A model generated the notes under the pieces. It had not been told where the DNA came from and made no database searches. It saw only the letters and a list, made by a program, of their open reading frames with translations. Below are positions 28,763 to 39,800 of a stretch of 64,000 nt of DNA, piece after piece. Position 1 is the stretch's first letter. Each line of letters begins with the position of its first letter. Source of the stretch: Planctomycetota bacterium (lineage in GTDB: Bacteria > Planctomycetota > GCA-002687715 > CAIWVZ01); assembly GCA_044222185.1 (NCBI GenBank), contig JBGANV010000001.1, positions 1,344,001-1,408,000 of the forward strand, in the 5' to 3' direction. A program made the position numbers and the translations under genes.

Positions 28763-29827
28763 GTGGAACTCGCACGAAGACGTCTCGCCGGCTTGGGACC
28801 CGGGATCGAGATCGGCCGGTCCGTCATCAACACGTTCCCGGGCATCGAGGCCTGGAACGTGGATTTGCAGCACGACGGGTACTTCCAGGCAGCCCAGCGC
28901 GAGGTGGCGAGCCTGGCCTCACGGGTCGACGTCGTCGCACCCGCGTCACGCCTTCCGTTCGCCGACGGCGCGCTGGGGTTCGTGCTCACGAGCCACGTCA
29001 TCGAGCACATGAACGACGCGATCCGCGCGCTTCACGAATGGGACCGCGTCGTGAGGCCGGGCGGAGTCATCTTCACGATCGCTCCGCACAAGGAGCGGAC
29101 CAGCGACGTGGGCCGGCCGCGCACGCCGCTCCGCCACCTGCTCGCGGACTACGCCGAAGCGGTGACCGCGGAGTCCGACTTCCTCATTCCCACGAGCCAC
29201 CATCATGTGTGGGTGACGGAGGACTTCGTCGAGATCATCGCGTACCTCACCCATTCCGGCTGCATCGATTGGGAGGTCACGGACGTCGAAGACGTGGACT
29301 CGAAGGTCGGCAACGGATTCACGGTCGTCGCGAGGAAGCGCTCGACACTGCCGCCGCCCGAGCCGCCGCCTCGCCCCGTCGTCGCGTTCCGGCGATTCCG
29401 GCTGATCCTTCCCTTCCAGGCGATCGGGCGGATCGTCGAAGGGTTCTCGGACGGCCCTGATTCACCGCCGCCCAGCACGCTCCCGGGCGGCGTCTATCAG
29501 GTGTCGGCGATCACGGACGGCTTCCCGCCGAGGGTCGCATGGACGCAACGGATCTCCGTCGGCGCCACCACCCAACAGCCTCGAATCCTCCACGTGGAGC
29601 GCAGTGGCCAGACCGTGCGCATGATCGGCGAGCACCTCACTCCCAGCACCTACGTCGAGGCCCGCTTGCCTGACGGGATCGAAGTGCGCCTGCTCCCGCG
29701 CTTCACCGAGAACGGGCTCGAGGGCGACTTCGGGCGGGGCATCGGCGACATAGGCCAAGTGGTCATGCGAGCCGTGAATCCGTCACCGAGCGGGGGCGCG
29801 AGCCTGCCGTTCGTCGCGTGGCTCTGA
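28763..29827 (+). CDS. Class I SAM-dependent methyltransferase with C-terminal Ig/IPT-like extension
   Basis: GIEIG; LPFADG..GFVLTSHVIEH; EWDRVVRPGG; HHHVW; tail ends VNPSPSGGAS like the IPT domains nearby. Confidence 0.8.
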   Translation: MELARRRLAGLGPGIEIGRSVINTFPGIEAWNVDLQHDGYFQAAQREVASLASRVDVVAPASRLPFADGALGFVLTSHVIEHMNDAIRALHEWDRVVRPGGVIFTIAPHKERTSDVGRPRTPLRHLLADYAEAVTAESDFLIPTSHHHVWVTEDFVEIIAYLTHSGCIDWEVTDVEDVDSKVGNGFTVVARKRSTLPPPEPPPRPVVAFRRFRLILPFQAIGRIVEGFSDGPDSPPPSTLPGGVYQVSAITDGFPPRVAWTQRISVGATTQQPRILHVERSGQTVRMIGEHLTPSTYVEARLPDGIEVRLLPRFTENGLEGDFGRGIGDIGQVVMRAVNPSPSGGASLPFVAWL

Positions 29828-29845
29828 TCGGTCCGCCTTCGCTGG

Positions 29846-31306
29846 TCACTGCGCAGACCACGACGACACCGTCCCGTCGCCGTTGCCGAACGAGACGGCG
29901 CCACGCTTTCCGTACGTCCACAGGACGATGGGCCCGAAGTTGCGAACGTGGTCCGGCTCGCCGAGCATCGTGCGGACCTCGGCAGGAGTGGCGCCCTTTC
30001 GCAGCCGGCTCCATGCATCGGGATCGTGCGCACTCCCGTTCTCGGCCGATCCGTCGGATCGTCCTTGGGGTGCGGACGGCTCGCTCCACGACGACAGCAC
30101 GCTCGTCGCGCCCGCGAACGATGCCGTTCCTCCTCGGAAGTAGCTCCAGGTCACGAACGGACCGAAGTCCTGGATGTGGTCGGGCTCGCCGAGGAGGTCA
30201 CGCACCGCGTCCTGCGTCTGGCCGCGTTCGAGCCGCCGCCAGAGCCGAACGTCAGTCGAGCGGTCCTCCGACACAGGCCGGCCGACGCGAACGGCAGCCG
30301 CGGATGGCTCGTTCCACGCGGTGATCCGCACGGGCGTGCCGCTCAGCTCGACCGTCCCGCCGAACGGATATGTCCACACGACGAACGGGCCGTAGTCCCG
30401 GATGTGATCAGGTTCGCCGAGTCGGTTCCGAAGCTCGTCACGCGGAGCATTCCGCGTCACTCGGCGCCAATTTCGCAGGTCCAGCGCGGGTCCATGGTCA
30501 GCGACCTGGAGTGACTGTTCGAGGAAGATCGTGGGCTCGGACCACGAGCACAGGCGCGCCGGGGATCCGCAGAACGATGCATTCCCACCGGCCTGGTACA
30601 CCCACGTCGTGATGGGGCCGTAGTCCTGGACGTGATCGGGCTCACCGAGACGCAGCCGGACCTCGGCCGGGCCGTCGTCTCGCTTCAGTTGGCGCCAATC
30701 GGCGACGCGGGTTCGGACCGCATCCAGGGTCGGGGACGCATTCGCGTTGCGTGCCGCACTGCGTGGGGACGGCGCCGGTACGTCCCCGGGGCGGGACTCA
30801 GCCCGGGTCCTGGCCGTGGGCTTGGAGGTACGAGGCTGCGACCGTCGTGCCGGGGCAGTCGATTCCAACGGTGGTACCGGAGGCGCATCCCGGCCGCTGA
30901 TCGTGATCGGCGATGGCACGGGCGATGGGCGCAGATCGGGGGCAGGCGCGAGCACTGCATCGTCGACGCCGGCCGTCCGACGCGCACGACTTCGCTCGCC
31001 GGATGGGCGCAGGCGGAGATAGGCAGCGAGCCCGACGACCGCGACCGCGACGAGAAGCAACGCGGCGACGACGGCGAGGACTCGCGGCGACGGCGCAGCG
31101 CGCCTTCGAAGCGGAGGCGGCGGCGCCGGCGGAGTCGATCGTTCCGCCGCGAGGCTTGCGGCGAGCGCTGCGTCCAGTTCCGCGCGGAGCGCGTCAGCCT
31201 GCGCCCGCGCCGTACGCGCCTCGGCATCCGTCGCGGCATGATTGATCGCGAGCCGCTCGAGCTTGGCGATGCGCCGTTCTATGCGCCTTCGTTCGTGGTG
31301 ATCCAT
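29846..31306 (-). CDS. Single-pass membrane protein: DUF2786-like N-terminus, Pro-rich linker, four SmpA/OmlA(BamE)-like repeats
   Basis: RIAKLERLA...T.AEA..A; TM helix; 4x W..L..G...EVR..LGEPDH..[DN][YF]GP...W.Y..G...F......W. Confidence 0.75.
   Translation of the reverse strand: MDHHERRRIERRIAKLERLAINHAATDAEARTARAQADALRAELDAALAASLAAERSTPPAPPPPLRRRAAPSPRVLAVVAALLLVAVAVVGLAAYLRLRPSGERSRARRTAGVDDAVLAPAPDLRPSPVPSPITISGRDAPPVPPLESTAPARRSQPRTSKPTARTRAESRPGDVPAPSPRSAARNANASPTLDAVRTRVADWRQLKRDDGPAEVRLRLGEPDHVQDYGPITTWVYQAGGNASFCGSPARLCSWSEPTIFLEQSLQVADHGPALDLRNWRRVTRNAPRDELRNRLGEPDHIRDYGPFVVWTYPFGGTVELSGTPVRITAWNEPSAAAVRVGRPVSEDRSTDVRLWRRLERGQTQDAVRDLLGEPDHIQDFGPFVTWSYFRGGTASFAGATSVLSSWSEPSAPQGRSDGSAENGSAHDPDAWSRLRKGATPAEVRTMLGEPDHVRNFGPIVLWTYGKRGAVSFGNGDGTVSSWSAQ
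29849..30697 (-). repeat. Four intragenic ~55-aa tandem repeats (LGEPDH core)
   Basis: Directly alignable repeats in the translation. Confidence 0.85.
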
Positions 31307-31489
31307 CGGATGGGGTGCCGAGTGGCGCCGATCTTACCCCTCCCGCCGAAAACCGCAGCCGTCAGGCGACCCTGGAACGCCGAACGCCGACACGGACGAC
31401 TCGCTGGAGTCGTCCGCGCCGGCATTTTGGTGCGCTCGCGCGCAGCTCAGCTCATTGCACTCTGCGCACGCTGATGTCGCGATCTCCCA

Positions 31490-34162
31490 TCAGGGCGTCG
31501 TGTACACGACGGGCAGGCTCGATCGAACGAACTGGCCGCCCGAGGTGAACAGCGCCGACGCCGCATACAGCGTCAGGCCAGGAGGTACGCCCGCCGGAAT
31601 CTCGAACACGTTCGACAACTGCTGATCCAGGGTTCCGAAGAACGGCACGGTGCCGGCGCCGGCCTCCGAGAACAGCTCCGGAAGCGACAGGCTGATGCCG
31701 AAGGAGCTTCCACCCGGGAACCAACCGTGCGGGAAGGAACCGGCCGTGGTCGTGATCCCCGTGAAGAAGAACTGCCCGGACTGATCGCCCTCCTGCACGG
31801 TGAGCTGGAGGCTCCCCGATCCGGCCTGCGACGCGAACCGCAGGTTGAACGCGCCCGAATTGCGCAGGAACACGATGTTGTCGATGACGGCCTGGCTCGA
31901 GCCCTGGTTGTCGCCGCCGTTCCAGCAGGTGATCGAAAGCTTCGAACCAGCCGGCACGGCGCCGAAGATGCCCGCGAACTTCTGAGCGCCCGTCGAACCC
32001 GTGTCCCAGGCGCCGTTCGCCGGATCGGTGCAGAGCCCGCCATCGAGCGTCAGCGGCGTGACCTGTGCGGCCTGCGTGTTGACGCTCACCAGATTCACCG
32101 ACCGCGTTCCGTTGGGACGCACGATGTCGATGTTCAACCCGTCGATGTACGGCGCGGCACTGGTCGTCGTCTCGGCCGCGTAGAAATCCCAGTCGAACTG
32201 GATCGCCTCCGCTCCGACCGGGATCGAGATCCAGACCTGATTCGCGGTAGCGTTCGCGCCGGTGAGCGGGAGTGGCATGAGGTTGCTCGCCGGTGGCGTG
32301 ATCGATCCACCGTTCGCGGCCACGCGAAGGTAGCGATTCCCGGCCGTCGGCATGCCGAGCCCGTTCGCACGATCGACCGTGGCTTTGTTGTTCGAGGCGG
32401 CGCCGGCGCCGTTCCACGAGGCGTTGTCGAGGCCGATGGCCCCGAAGGCCGGGTTCAGCGGCGTCGGCACCGTGTAGGTGCACGGCGTCTGGCCTTCGAA
32501 ACTCACGGAGTCGTTTGCGACCGCGAAGCTGTCGAGCACGAACTCGCTCGGGTAGCTGTCATCACCGCCATTCCAGACGGTGATCGCGAGGTAGAGGTAC
32601 TGCGCGCCATCGGGCAGATCGGCGGCGAACCACTGCGGCCCGTTGTTGAACGTGTCCTGACCGCCGTAGCCGTAGGTGCTCCGCGTCTGCGTCGCGCCAC
32701 TCGGTGAGGTCGGCGCCGCCGTGTCGCCGCGCAAGAGGTTCCGCACCCGGTTTCCGGCTGCGTCCACGAGGTCGACGGAGAACCCGTCGTTGTAGGAGAC
32801 GCTGTTCTGGGCTTCGTTCCGATACCAATCCCAGGCGAAGCCGAGCGTGCGGCCGATCGGCATCCGCAGGATCGCCTGGTTGGCGGTCGCGGCTGCGCCA
32901 GGCAACGAGACGGTGCCGCCGAGCGGAAGGTTGATCGTTCCGCGACCCGGGATCCGAAGGTACTGGGAGCCGGTCGTCGGCATGCCGAGCCCGTTGGCGT
33001 AGTCGACGGTGATCTGCCGGTCGGGGGCCGCGCCAGCGTTCACCGAGACGAACTCGGGGTCGCCCGTCGCATGCGCCGGTGACGGGAAGGTGTAGGTGCC
33101 GCGCGGTCCCTGGCTGTCGAAGTCCGTGATGGCGTAGGCGCCGGCGCTCATGGGGGTCCCGATGTGGACGAGCGCCCAGTTCGAGAGGCCGCCGGCCGGC
33201 GCCGGGTTGTCGACTTCGACGATGAGGTGCTGCGCGCCGGGATAGTTGGCCGGGTTGATCGTCGCGTTCAACGTCGTCGGATCGACGAAAACGGTCGGCA
33301 CCGCGACTCCGTTCACCTTCACGACGGATCCTTGGACACCACTCGACGTGGGCGATCCCGCGAAGAAGCGGCGGCCGATGATCTCGATGACGTTCGCGCC
33401 AGGCTGGAGGAAGCCGTTGTTCACCTGCAGGATCTGCGGCGCCTTCGCCACTCCGTATCGAGCCTGCATCCCCTGGGCGTCGAGGGTCGTCATGTAGTTG
33501 CGCTGCCCGATCTGCGACTGAAATGACGTGTACGGCGGGAGCAGCGTGATCGTCGGCTGCCCGTTGTTCGAGAACGCCGTCGCGCCGTAGTGCATGATCG
33601 ACAGCGGGTCATAGGCCGTGGCGTTCACCGAGTTCGTGTCGATGGCGAAGTTGGCCGCGGCACCGGCCGTGATGTTGGCCGTGTTGATCGTCATGTACGT
33701 GTTGCGGTCCGACCGCGACTGCTCGTGCAAGAGCCCGAGTGTGTGCCCCAGTTCGTGGCAGATGACGTACTTGGTCGTCCAGCAGATCATGGTGAGGTTC
33801 TGCTGACCGCCGATCATCCCGACCTGCGAACCACCGCAGCTCGTGGTGGCGTTCGAGCTGAGGATGTGCAGGAAGTTGGTCTCCGTCGTCTTCGGGACGA
33901 ACGTCACGTTCGCGACGGCCGACCATTCGGCCATGGCGACGAGCGCCAGTCCGCGGTTGGTCGTGGAGACGTTGGCGTCGAATTCATAGGGAACGACGCC
34001 GCCCGGCCACTTCGGCCCGCCGAAGCTCGAGTCTCCCAGCGGGACGATCATGTCGTCCAGGAGCGTGTAGCCTGGCGGAACCTCGATCTCCTCCTGGGCG
34101 AATGAAATGCCGCAACTCAGGGCGGCGACGACGAACAGCGCAACGACCGGGCGCAGAACCAT
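31490..34162 (-). CDS. Second secreted astacin (M12A) metalloprotease with IPT domain and duplicated ~200-aa beta domain
   Basis: GGAG RBS; signal peptide; HELGHTLGLLHEQSRSDR; SIMHY; N-terminal third paralogous to 18705..22685. Confidence 0.92.
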   Translation of the reverse strand: MVLRPVVALFVVAALSCGISFAQEEIEVPPGYTLLDDMIVPLGDSSFGGPKWPGGVVPYEFDANVSTTNRGLALVAMAEWSAVANVTFVPKTTETNFLHILSSNATTSCGGSQVGMIGGQQNLTMICWTTKYVICHELGHTLGLLHEQSRSDRNTYMTINTANITAGAAANFAIDTNSVNATAYDPLSIMHYGATAFSNNGQPTITLLPPYTSFQSQIGQRNYMTTLDAQGMQARYGVAKAPQILQVNNGFLQPGANVIEIIGRRFFAGSPTSSGVQGSVVKVNGVAVPTVFVDPTTLNATINPANYPGAQHLIVEVDNPAPAGGLSNWALVHIGTPMSAGAYAITDFDSQGPRGTYTFPSPAHATGDPEFVSVNAGAAPDRQITVDYANGLGMPTTGSQYLRIPGRGTINLPLGGTVSLPGAAATANQAILRMPIGRTLGFAWDWYRNEAQNSVSYNDGFSVDLVDAAGNRVRNLLRGDTAAPTSPSGATQTRSTYGYGGQDTFNNGPQWFAADLPDGAQYLYLAITVWNGGDDSYPSEFVLDSFAVANDSVSFEGQTPCTYTVPTPLNPAFGAIGLDNASWNGAGAASNNKATVDRANGLGMPTAGNRYLRVAANGGSITPPASNLMPLPLTGANATANQVWISIPVGAEAIQFDWDFYAAETTTSAAPYIDGLNIDIVRPNGTRSVNLVSVNTQAAQVTPLTLDGGLCTDPANGAWDTGSTGAQKFAGIFGAVPAGSKLSITCWNGGDNQGSSQAVIDNIVFLRNSGAFNLRFASQAGSGSLQLTVQEGDQSGQFFFTGITTTAGSFPHGWFPGGSSFGISLSLPELFSEAGAGTVPFFGTLDQQLSNVFEIPAGVPPGLTLYAASALFTSGGQFVRSSLPVVYTTP

Positions 34163-34279
34163 GGGGTGTCTCCATGAGGCGGGAATTCAGCCTCGCGGAG
34201 ACACAGAGACTCGAGGAGCCGATCGTCCACGGATTTTTTTTTCGGAGCCCCACCACCCCCAGGCCGGGGTCCCCCGCGC

Positions 34280-35479
34280 CTACCGGTCCCGAAAGATCGG
34301 AAGGGGTGAGAACTGCCCCGAGAGGACTCCCGGAGACGCCACGCCGAGCCACCCGTCGAGGATCGATGCGTACAGGCGCCGGAAATCGGTCGTGACCGCG
34401 AGGTCGCCGTCCTCGAGCGCGTCCAGGCTCGGCGCGTCGCCCACGAGGCCGCCCTTGACCCGACCGCCCACCACCCACGCGATGCTGGCCGAGCCGTGGT
34501 CCGTTCCGCGCGTCCCGTTCTCCCCCACGCGCCGACCGAATTCGGAGAAGACGAGGACGGCCACACGGCCCCACAGGCCGGCAGCCACCATGGAATCGCG
34601 GAAACCCGAGATCGATGTGGCGAGCTCGCGCAGCAGGCCCGGATGTATGAACGCCTGGTCGCTGTGCGTGTCGAACGACCCGTTGGACAGCGCGCCCTGG
34701 CTTCCGTGCTCGAGGTAGTAGACCCGCGCACCACAGTCGGCGCGGATCAGTCGGCCCACGATGTCGAGGTCGTGGGCCAGTCCCTCCAGCCGTGGCTCGG
34801 TGCGATCGCGCCGCACCGACTCGAGCCGTGCACCCTTGTCCAGAGTCTCGACGGTCACGCGTTTGACGAACGTCGACAGGTCGCTTCCCGCAACGTCCAG
34901 GTCCGGACGCGAGGGCGCGATCGCCAGAGCGAGGTCGTCGAGCTTGGAGATGGAAATGGGCATGGCACGGATCCCCGCCAGTGCGGGAGGTGTCGTCCCC
35001 TGACCGACGTAGACGAGGTCGCGACCCGGGCCCGCGGCCCCCGACGCCATCGCGGCAGCGAGCCAGCCGGCGTCGCGAACGCTCGACGATTCGACGCGGG
35101 CGGTGTGCCACGTGGCCATGCTCCGGAAATGCGAGCGGTCGTGGTTCGGCACACCCACGCCGCGGACGATCGCGACCTCGCCCTTGTCGAAGATCTCCGC
35201 GAGCGGTTTGAGTGACGGGTGCCACCCGAGATCGTCGTCGATCCGCAGAACGGACTTCTCCGGGATCGCGAGCGTCGGGCGCGACCGCCGATACACGTCG
35301 TGTCGGCTGGGAACGACGGCATTCAGTCCATCGTTGCCGCCATCGAGCTGGATGACGACCAGGGCGGGCTGATCGGCGCCGGGCGCGAGTGAAGTTCCGA
35401 CCTTGGACAGGAACGACGGAACGCGGGAGCCGATCGATGCGAGCACCGCGCCTTTCAGGAACGAACGTCTGGTGAACAT
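34280..35479 (-). CDS. DUF1501 family protein, Tat-exported
   Basis: MFTRRSFLK twin-arginine signal; LVVIQLDGGNDGLN; RSHFRS; FDTH; FSEFGRR..EN...GTDHG. Confidence 0.92.
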   Translation of the reverse strand: MFTRRSFLKGAVLASIGSRVPSFLSKVGTSLAPGADQPALVVIQLDGGNDGLNAVVPSRHDVYRRSRPTLAIPEKSVLRIDDDLGWHPSLKPLAEIFDKGEVAIVRGVGVPNHDRSHFRSMATWHTARVESSSVRDAGWLAAAMASGAAGPGRDLVYVGQGTTPPALAGIRAMPISISKLDDLALAIAPSRPDLDVAGSDLSTFVKRVTVETLDKGARLESVRRDRTEPRLEGLAHDLDIVGRLIRADCGARVYYLEHGSQGALSNGSFDTHSDQAFIHPGLLRELATSISGFRDSMVAAGLWGRVAVLVFSEFGRRVGENGTRGTDHGSASIAWVVGGRVKGGLVGDAPSLDALEDGDLAVTTDFRRLYASILDGWLGVASPGVLSGQFSPLPIFRDR

Positions 35480-35514
35480 CTGCAGGCCCTCCGATCCGAT
35501 GGCGACCAACCGGG

Positions 35515-36879
35515 CTATGACACCTGTGACCATGGCGAGGAGAAAACCAGCGACGCGGCACGCCGCATGGCAGCCGCTCCGTCGCCCGCGACGGCACCGG
35601 AGGCGGCGAGCCACGCCGCCTCCTCCCCACTCGGGTCCTCGCCACGCAGCGCACGAGTGAGTGCGACGGTCACGTCCTTGGGGCTCTTCATCGCGACTCC
35701 GGGGAAGCTCGCTCCCAGATCCAGTGGTGCGTCCGTCTTGAGGATCCGACCGTCCACGAGGTCGCTCGCGAAATTGATCCGCGCGGCCATGGACTGCGTG
35801 GAAAGCGACGCGCGTCCGAGCGGCCACCCCGCGACGTTCGGCGGCAGGAAGAGATCCTGGCCGACGCGCGGAAGGCGCCGCGCGATCTCCAACGTGCTGA
35901 CGCTCGCCGGCCCGAGGCCGAGAGGCTTCACCGATCCGACGAGGAACTCCACCGGGCCCACGACGCAGGCGTGCGCGTTGGCGTCGCTGAAGAACGCGTT
36001 GGACCTGAGGATCACCTCGATCGCACGTCCGACGTCCAGATCGTGGCTTGCGAGATAGGACGCGAGCGAGGCCCTCGCCGCGTCGGATACCACCGCCTCT
36101 CCCATGAAGTGCGCGATGAGCCGATCTGCGAGCCGTGGCGCGAGTGCGGGGTGCGCGAGCGCGATCTCGAGCACGTCCGGCATCCGAAATCGGCCTGACT
36201 TCCCCAGCACCGTCTTCGGGCCGTCGTCATGCACCGTGGGATCTTCGGCCGGAGGGCTGCCCTTGGCGCCCCAACCCGTCAACGCGCGCGCCGTCTCGCG
36301 GACGTCCGCCTCGGTGTAGTTGCCGACCCCGATCGTGAACAGCTCGAACAGCTCGCGTGCGAGATTCTCGTTGGGGCGGTCTTTCGTGTTCTCTCTTGCG
36401 TCGAGCCACTCGAGCAGAGCCGTGTCGCGCATCATGGCGTCGAGGAGCAGGCGAAACGGACCGCGTCCGAGCCTCCGCATCGTCTCGTTCTGCACCTGCA
36501 TGGCCATGAGCTTCTGGACCTTGGCCGCGCTCGTTGCGAACCAGTTGTGCCAGAACAGGGTCATTCGTTCCGCAAGCGGATGCGTTCCGAACAGCATGCG
36601 GTAGATCCACACGGCCTGGAGGCGCGGCAGATTCGCCGTGGTGACTGCGCCGTCGACGAGTCGCTGCATCAAGTCGATCGTCTCGGCCCTGGGTGGTCCG
36701 GTGCCGTTCAGGACACGCGCGATGGCCGCGTCGTGCCCATCGGCGACGTCGCGTTCCGCGACGGCAGCGGTCACACCGAACCCCGACCGCCGATGGAGGC
36801 GGACGACGCGCGCCAGGTTCCACGGTTGCTCAGCGTTCGGCGCGTACGGCTCCCAATGCTCGACGGGTGAAGAGATCAT
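35515..36879 (-). CDS. DUF1800 family protein
   Basis: L.ERMTLFWHNWFATS..KV; PNENLARELFELFTIG...YTE.DV.E.ARALTGW; GQDLF.PPNVAGW. Confidence 0.92.
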   Translation of the reverse strand: MISSPVEHWEPYAPNAEQPWNLARVVRLHRRSGFGVTAAVAERDVADGHDAAIARVLNGTGPPRAETIDLMQRLVDGAVTTANLPRLQAVWIYRMLFGTHPLAERMTLFWHNWFATSAAKVQKLMAMQVQNETMRRLGRGPFRLLLDAMMRDTALLEWLDARENTKDRPNENLARELFELFTIGVGNYTEADVRETARALTGWGAKGSPPAEDPTVHDDGPKTVLGKSGRFRMPDVLEIALAHPALAPRLADRLIAHFMGEAVVSDAARASLASYLASHDLDVGRAIEVILRSNAFFSDANAHACVVGPVEFLVGSVKPLGLGPASVSTLEIARRLPRVGQDLFLPPNVAGWPLGRASLSTQSMAARINFASDLVDGRILKTDAPLDLGASFPGVAMKSPKDVTVALTRALRGEDPSGEEAAWLAASGAVAGDGAAAMRRAASLVFSSPWSQVS

Positions 36880-39800
36880 CGGCGCCTCCGCGGCGAATTG
36901 GAGACGTCGCCCGCGTCACGGGTCTCACCGGAGCGAACGAGGAAGCGTTCGCCGTAGAGCTCGTACACCACGTCCCCGACTGCGTCGAACTCGAACCGGC
37001 CGTCCGCGTCCGTCGTCCGCCACTCCTGGATGTGCATGTCCGGCGCCGCGTGGGCGCCGGATTTCAGCATCATCACGGGAATGTTCCACCCGGCGCAGGG
37101 GTTCTTCCGTTGATCCACGATCCGTCCGTGGATGCGACCGCAGGGATGGAGGACGAGGCGCGAAGGTTCGGTGGGCTCGTGGACGACCACGGTGGACCCG
37201 CCCAGGTGGCGCGCCGCATCCCGGACGATGATCTGTCGCTCCTCCCCCTTGGCGAGCCCGATGACGTCGAAGCCAGCTCCCGGAACGGCCTTGCTTCCAT
37301 AGAACAGCGGCGTCAGCCCGGTGACGAGCACGTCCGCCACGGCCGAACCGGCCTCGTCGACGACGTCGACTCGCTGCCGATTCCCGGGGTTCAGCTCGAT
37401 GGAGAGAACGACCGGAGCTGATCCCTGCGGAGGGTCCAACTTCACGATCGCGTGAGTCGTTCGAACGTCCATGGAGATCGCGTGCTCGCGGAGCCGACCA
37501 CCAGAATCGACGTCGTCTTCGAAATGCGACGGCACCTCGGTGACATAGGCATCCTCGAGCGCCACGACCGTGACGGCAGCTCGCCCGGCGACGCCGATCA
37601 CCTCGAAGTTGCCATCGAAGTCCGTCGAGAGAAGCCGGTACCCTCCGAAGTAGCCGGCCTCGCTGCCGAACCGCATGTCGCGTCGGTGCGGGTTCCCATC
37701 GAACGGCAGGTACTCGGCGCGAGCTCGAACGGGCTTGCCCGTCCCCTTCTCGACGACGCGGCCGCGGATCCGGACGCCACGTTCGAGCGACACGTCGATG
37801 CCGTCGCGTGGATCCGTGCTCCGATGGGCCAGGTCGCCGTCGCGCTGAACCCAATCCGTCCCCGGCGGCGGTATGAAGCGCACGACGCACGAATCCGTGC
37901 CCTCCGGGACACCATGGATGACGTAGTGCCCGGCCGCGTCCGTCTTCGCTTCGAAGTGAACGTCCGAGTTCGGACCATTCACGACGACCACACTGACGTC
38001 CGGAATCGGGTTGCCCGTCTTCGCCTCCGTCACCGTCCCGCGGAACGGTCGGACGGACGGAACCATGTGCGTGAAGACTGGCCCGTAGTGCTCGGCGGTC
38101 CCGTTCAAGGCCTCGGGCTGCATCATCATCGTGTCGGACATGGCAGCCTGGTAGCCGAGTCGCGTCGGTGTCGTGAGCGTCTTGTCCACGGTCACGAAGA
38201 AGCGACGGCACTCGGTTCCGGGAGCGTCGACGACCAACATGGCGCGGCGTCCACGACCGATCCCGCGGAGGACGAACCGACCGTCCGCATCCGTGACGGC
38301 CGATGGGATCACGGCGTCGAGCGACATCCCGAGGTGCAACGTCGACTCTGGAGCATCGACCCCAAAGCCGGCGGTGGGGGTTTCCGGCAAAGTGACCTCG
38401 ATGACGCGAACCCGTGCGCCCGCCCGTGGCAATCCCTCGATGTCGAGGATGCGCCCCTCGATCGGATCGTCGGCTGCGAGGAACTCGAAGTCGGCGCTGT
38501 TCCGGACCTCCGGATCGCGCACGTCACCGTACGCGATGGCGTGGCCGGGAGCGGTGGCACAGACCTTCAACCACTCGAGCGGATCCAGCGCCGCGCGTCC
38601 GTTCCGAATGGCACTGCGCGGGAGCTCGAGCCTGTACTGTCCGTGAGCGTCCGTGGTCGTGCGTCCGACGAGCCGCGTTGACGCGTAATCCGGCTCGAGC
38701 GCGAAGACCTCGGCGCCTGCGACTTCCGTACCGTCGGTCTCGCGAACGGTGCCCTGAAGCACGAATACCGGCTCGCTGGAGGGCACGTCGACGGCCGAAG
38801 CGACGAACGCGGTCCCCGTCGCGAGCGCGGTCACGAACGCCAGCGAAGCCATCACGCCGACGACGTGCCGCAGCCGCGGCGACGTCGAGAGCTCGCGGCC
38901 CCGATCGAGAAGACCGCGCACGCGCTCCTCGAGTCGCCAGCGGAGCGGGACGACGCCCATCGTCAGCGCCAACGGACGGACGTGTCCGAGCGACTGCGTC
39001 AGGTCGAGCAGCGTGCGCGCATACCCGGCTCCGGACGTCGCCTTGAGCACGAAGTTGTCGCAGGTCTCCTCGCGAGCCACGGCCAGGGCCCGGTTCATCA
39101 GGTGGATGAACGGGTGCGGCCAGAACACCGCGGCCACGATCCGCTGCGCGAAGCCCACGACGGGGTCCCGACGCATCACGTGGGCGCACTCGTGGAGCAG
39201 GACCTCGAGCCAGGCATTCGCCGAGAGTGTGCCGATGAGGGACTGCGGCACGATCACGGCGGCATTCGCGAGGCCGTGAACGAACGGGGCCCTCGTGTCC
39301 GTCGACACGAGGATCGGCGGAAGGTCCGTGCGGCCGAGACAGCTGCGAAGGCGTTCCAGCGGAAGGCCGTCGGCACTCGTCGCCGGACGTGCGGCGCTGC
39401 GAATCCTGCGTGACTGGCGGAAGCCGAATCCGAGTCGGATGAGTGCGATCGCCACGCCAGCGACCCAGACCCCGGCCATCACCACCTCGAGCGGACCGCG
39501 CCCGAGCGCTGCCGCGCCGCGAGCGCCGGGCACCGGCGATGTCGCAGGTTGGACCGCGTCCATTCGCACACACTCGTTCAGCGCGCGCGCAAAAGGCTCG
39601 TCGGTCACGGGCGGATCGCCGTCCGTGAACACCGCCGGTGTTCGCGGGTGGAATGGAAGCGAAGCTTCGGGCACTTGGGGCGACGGCGATCCGACGACGG
39701 CCGGCGCTTCGATCGCCACGCGGACCAGCGAGAGGTCGGCGTGGGCCATCGCCCAGACGAGCACCGGGACGAGGATCACTGCGCCCAACGATTGAACCCA

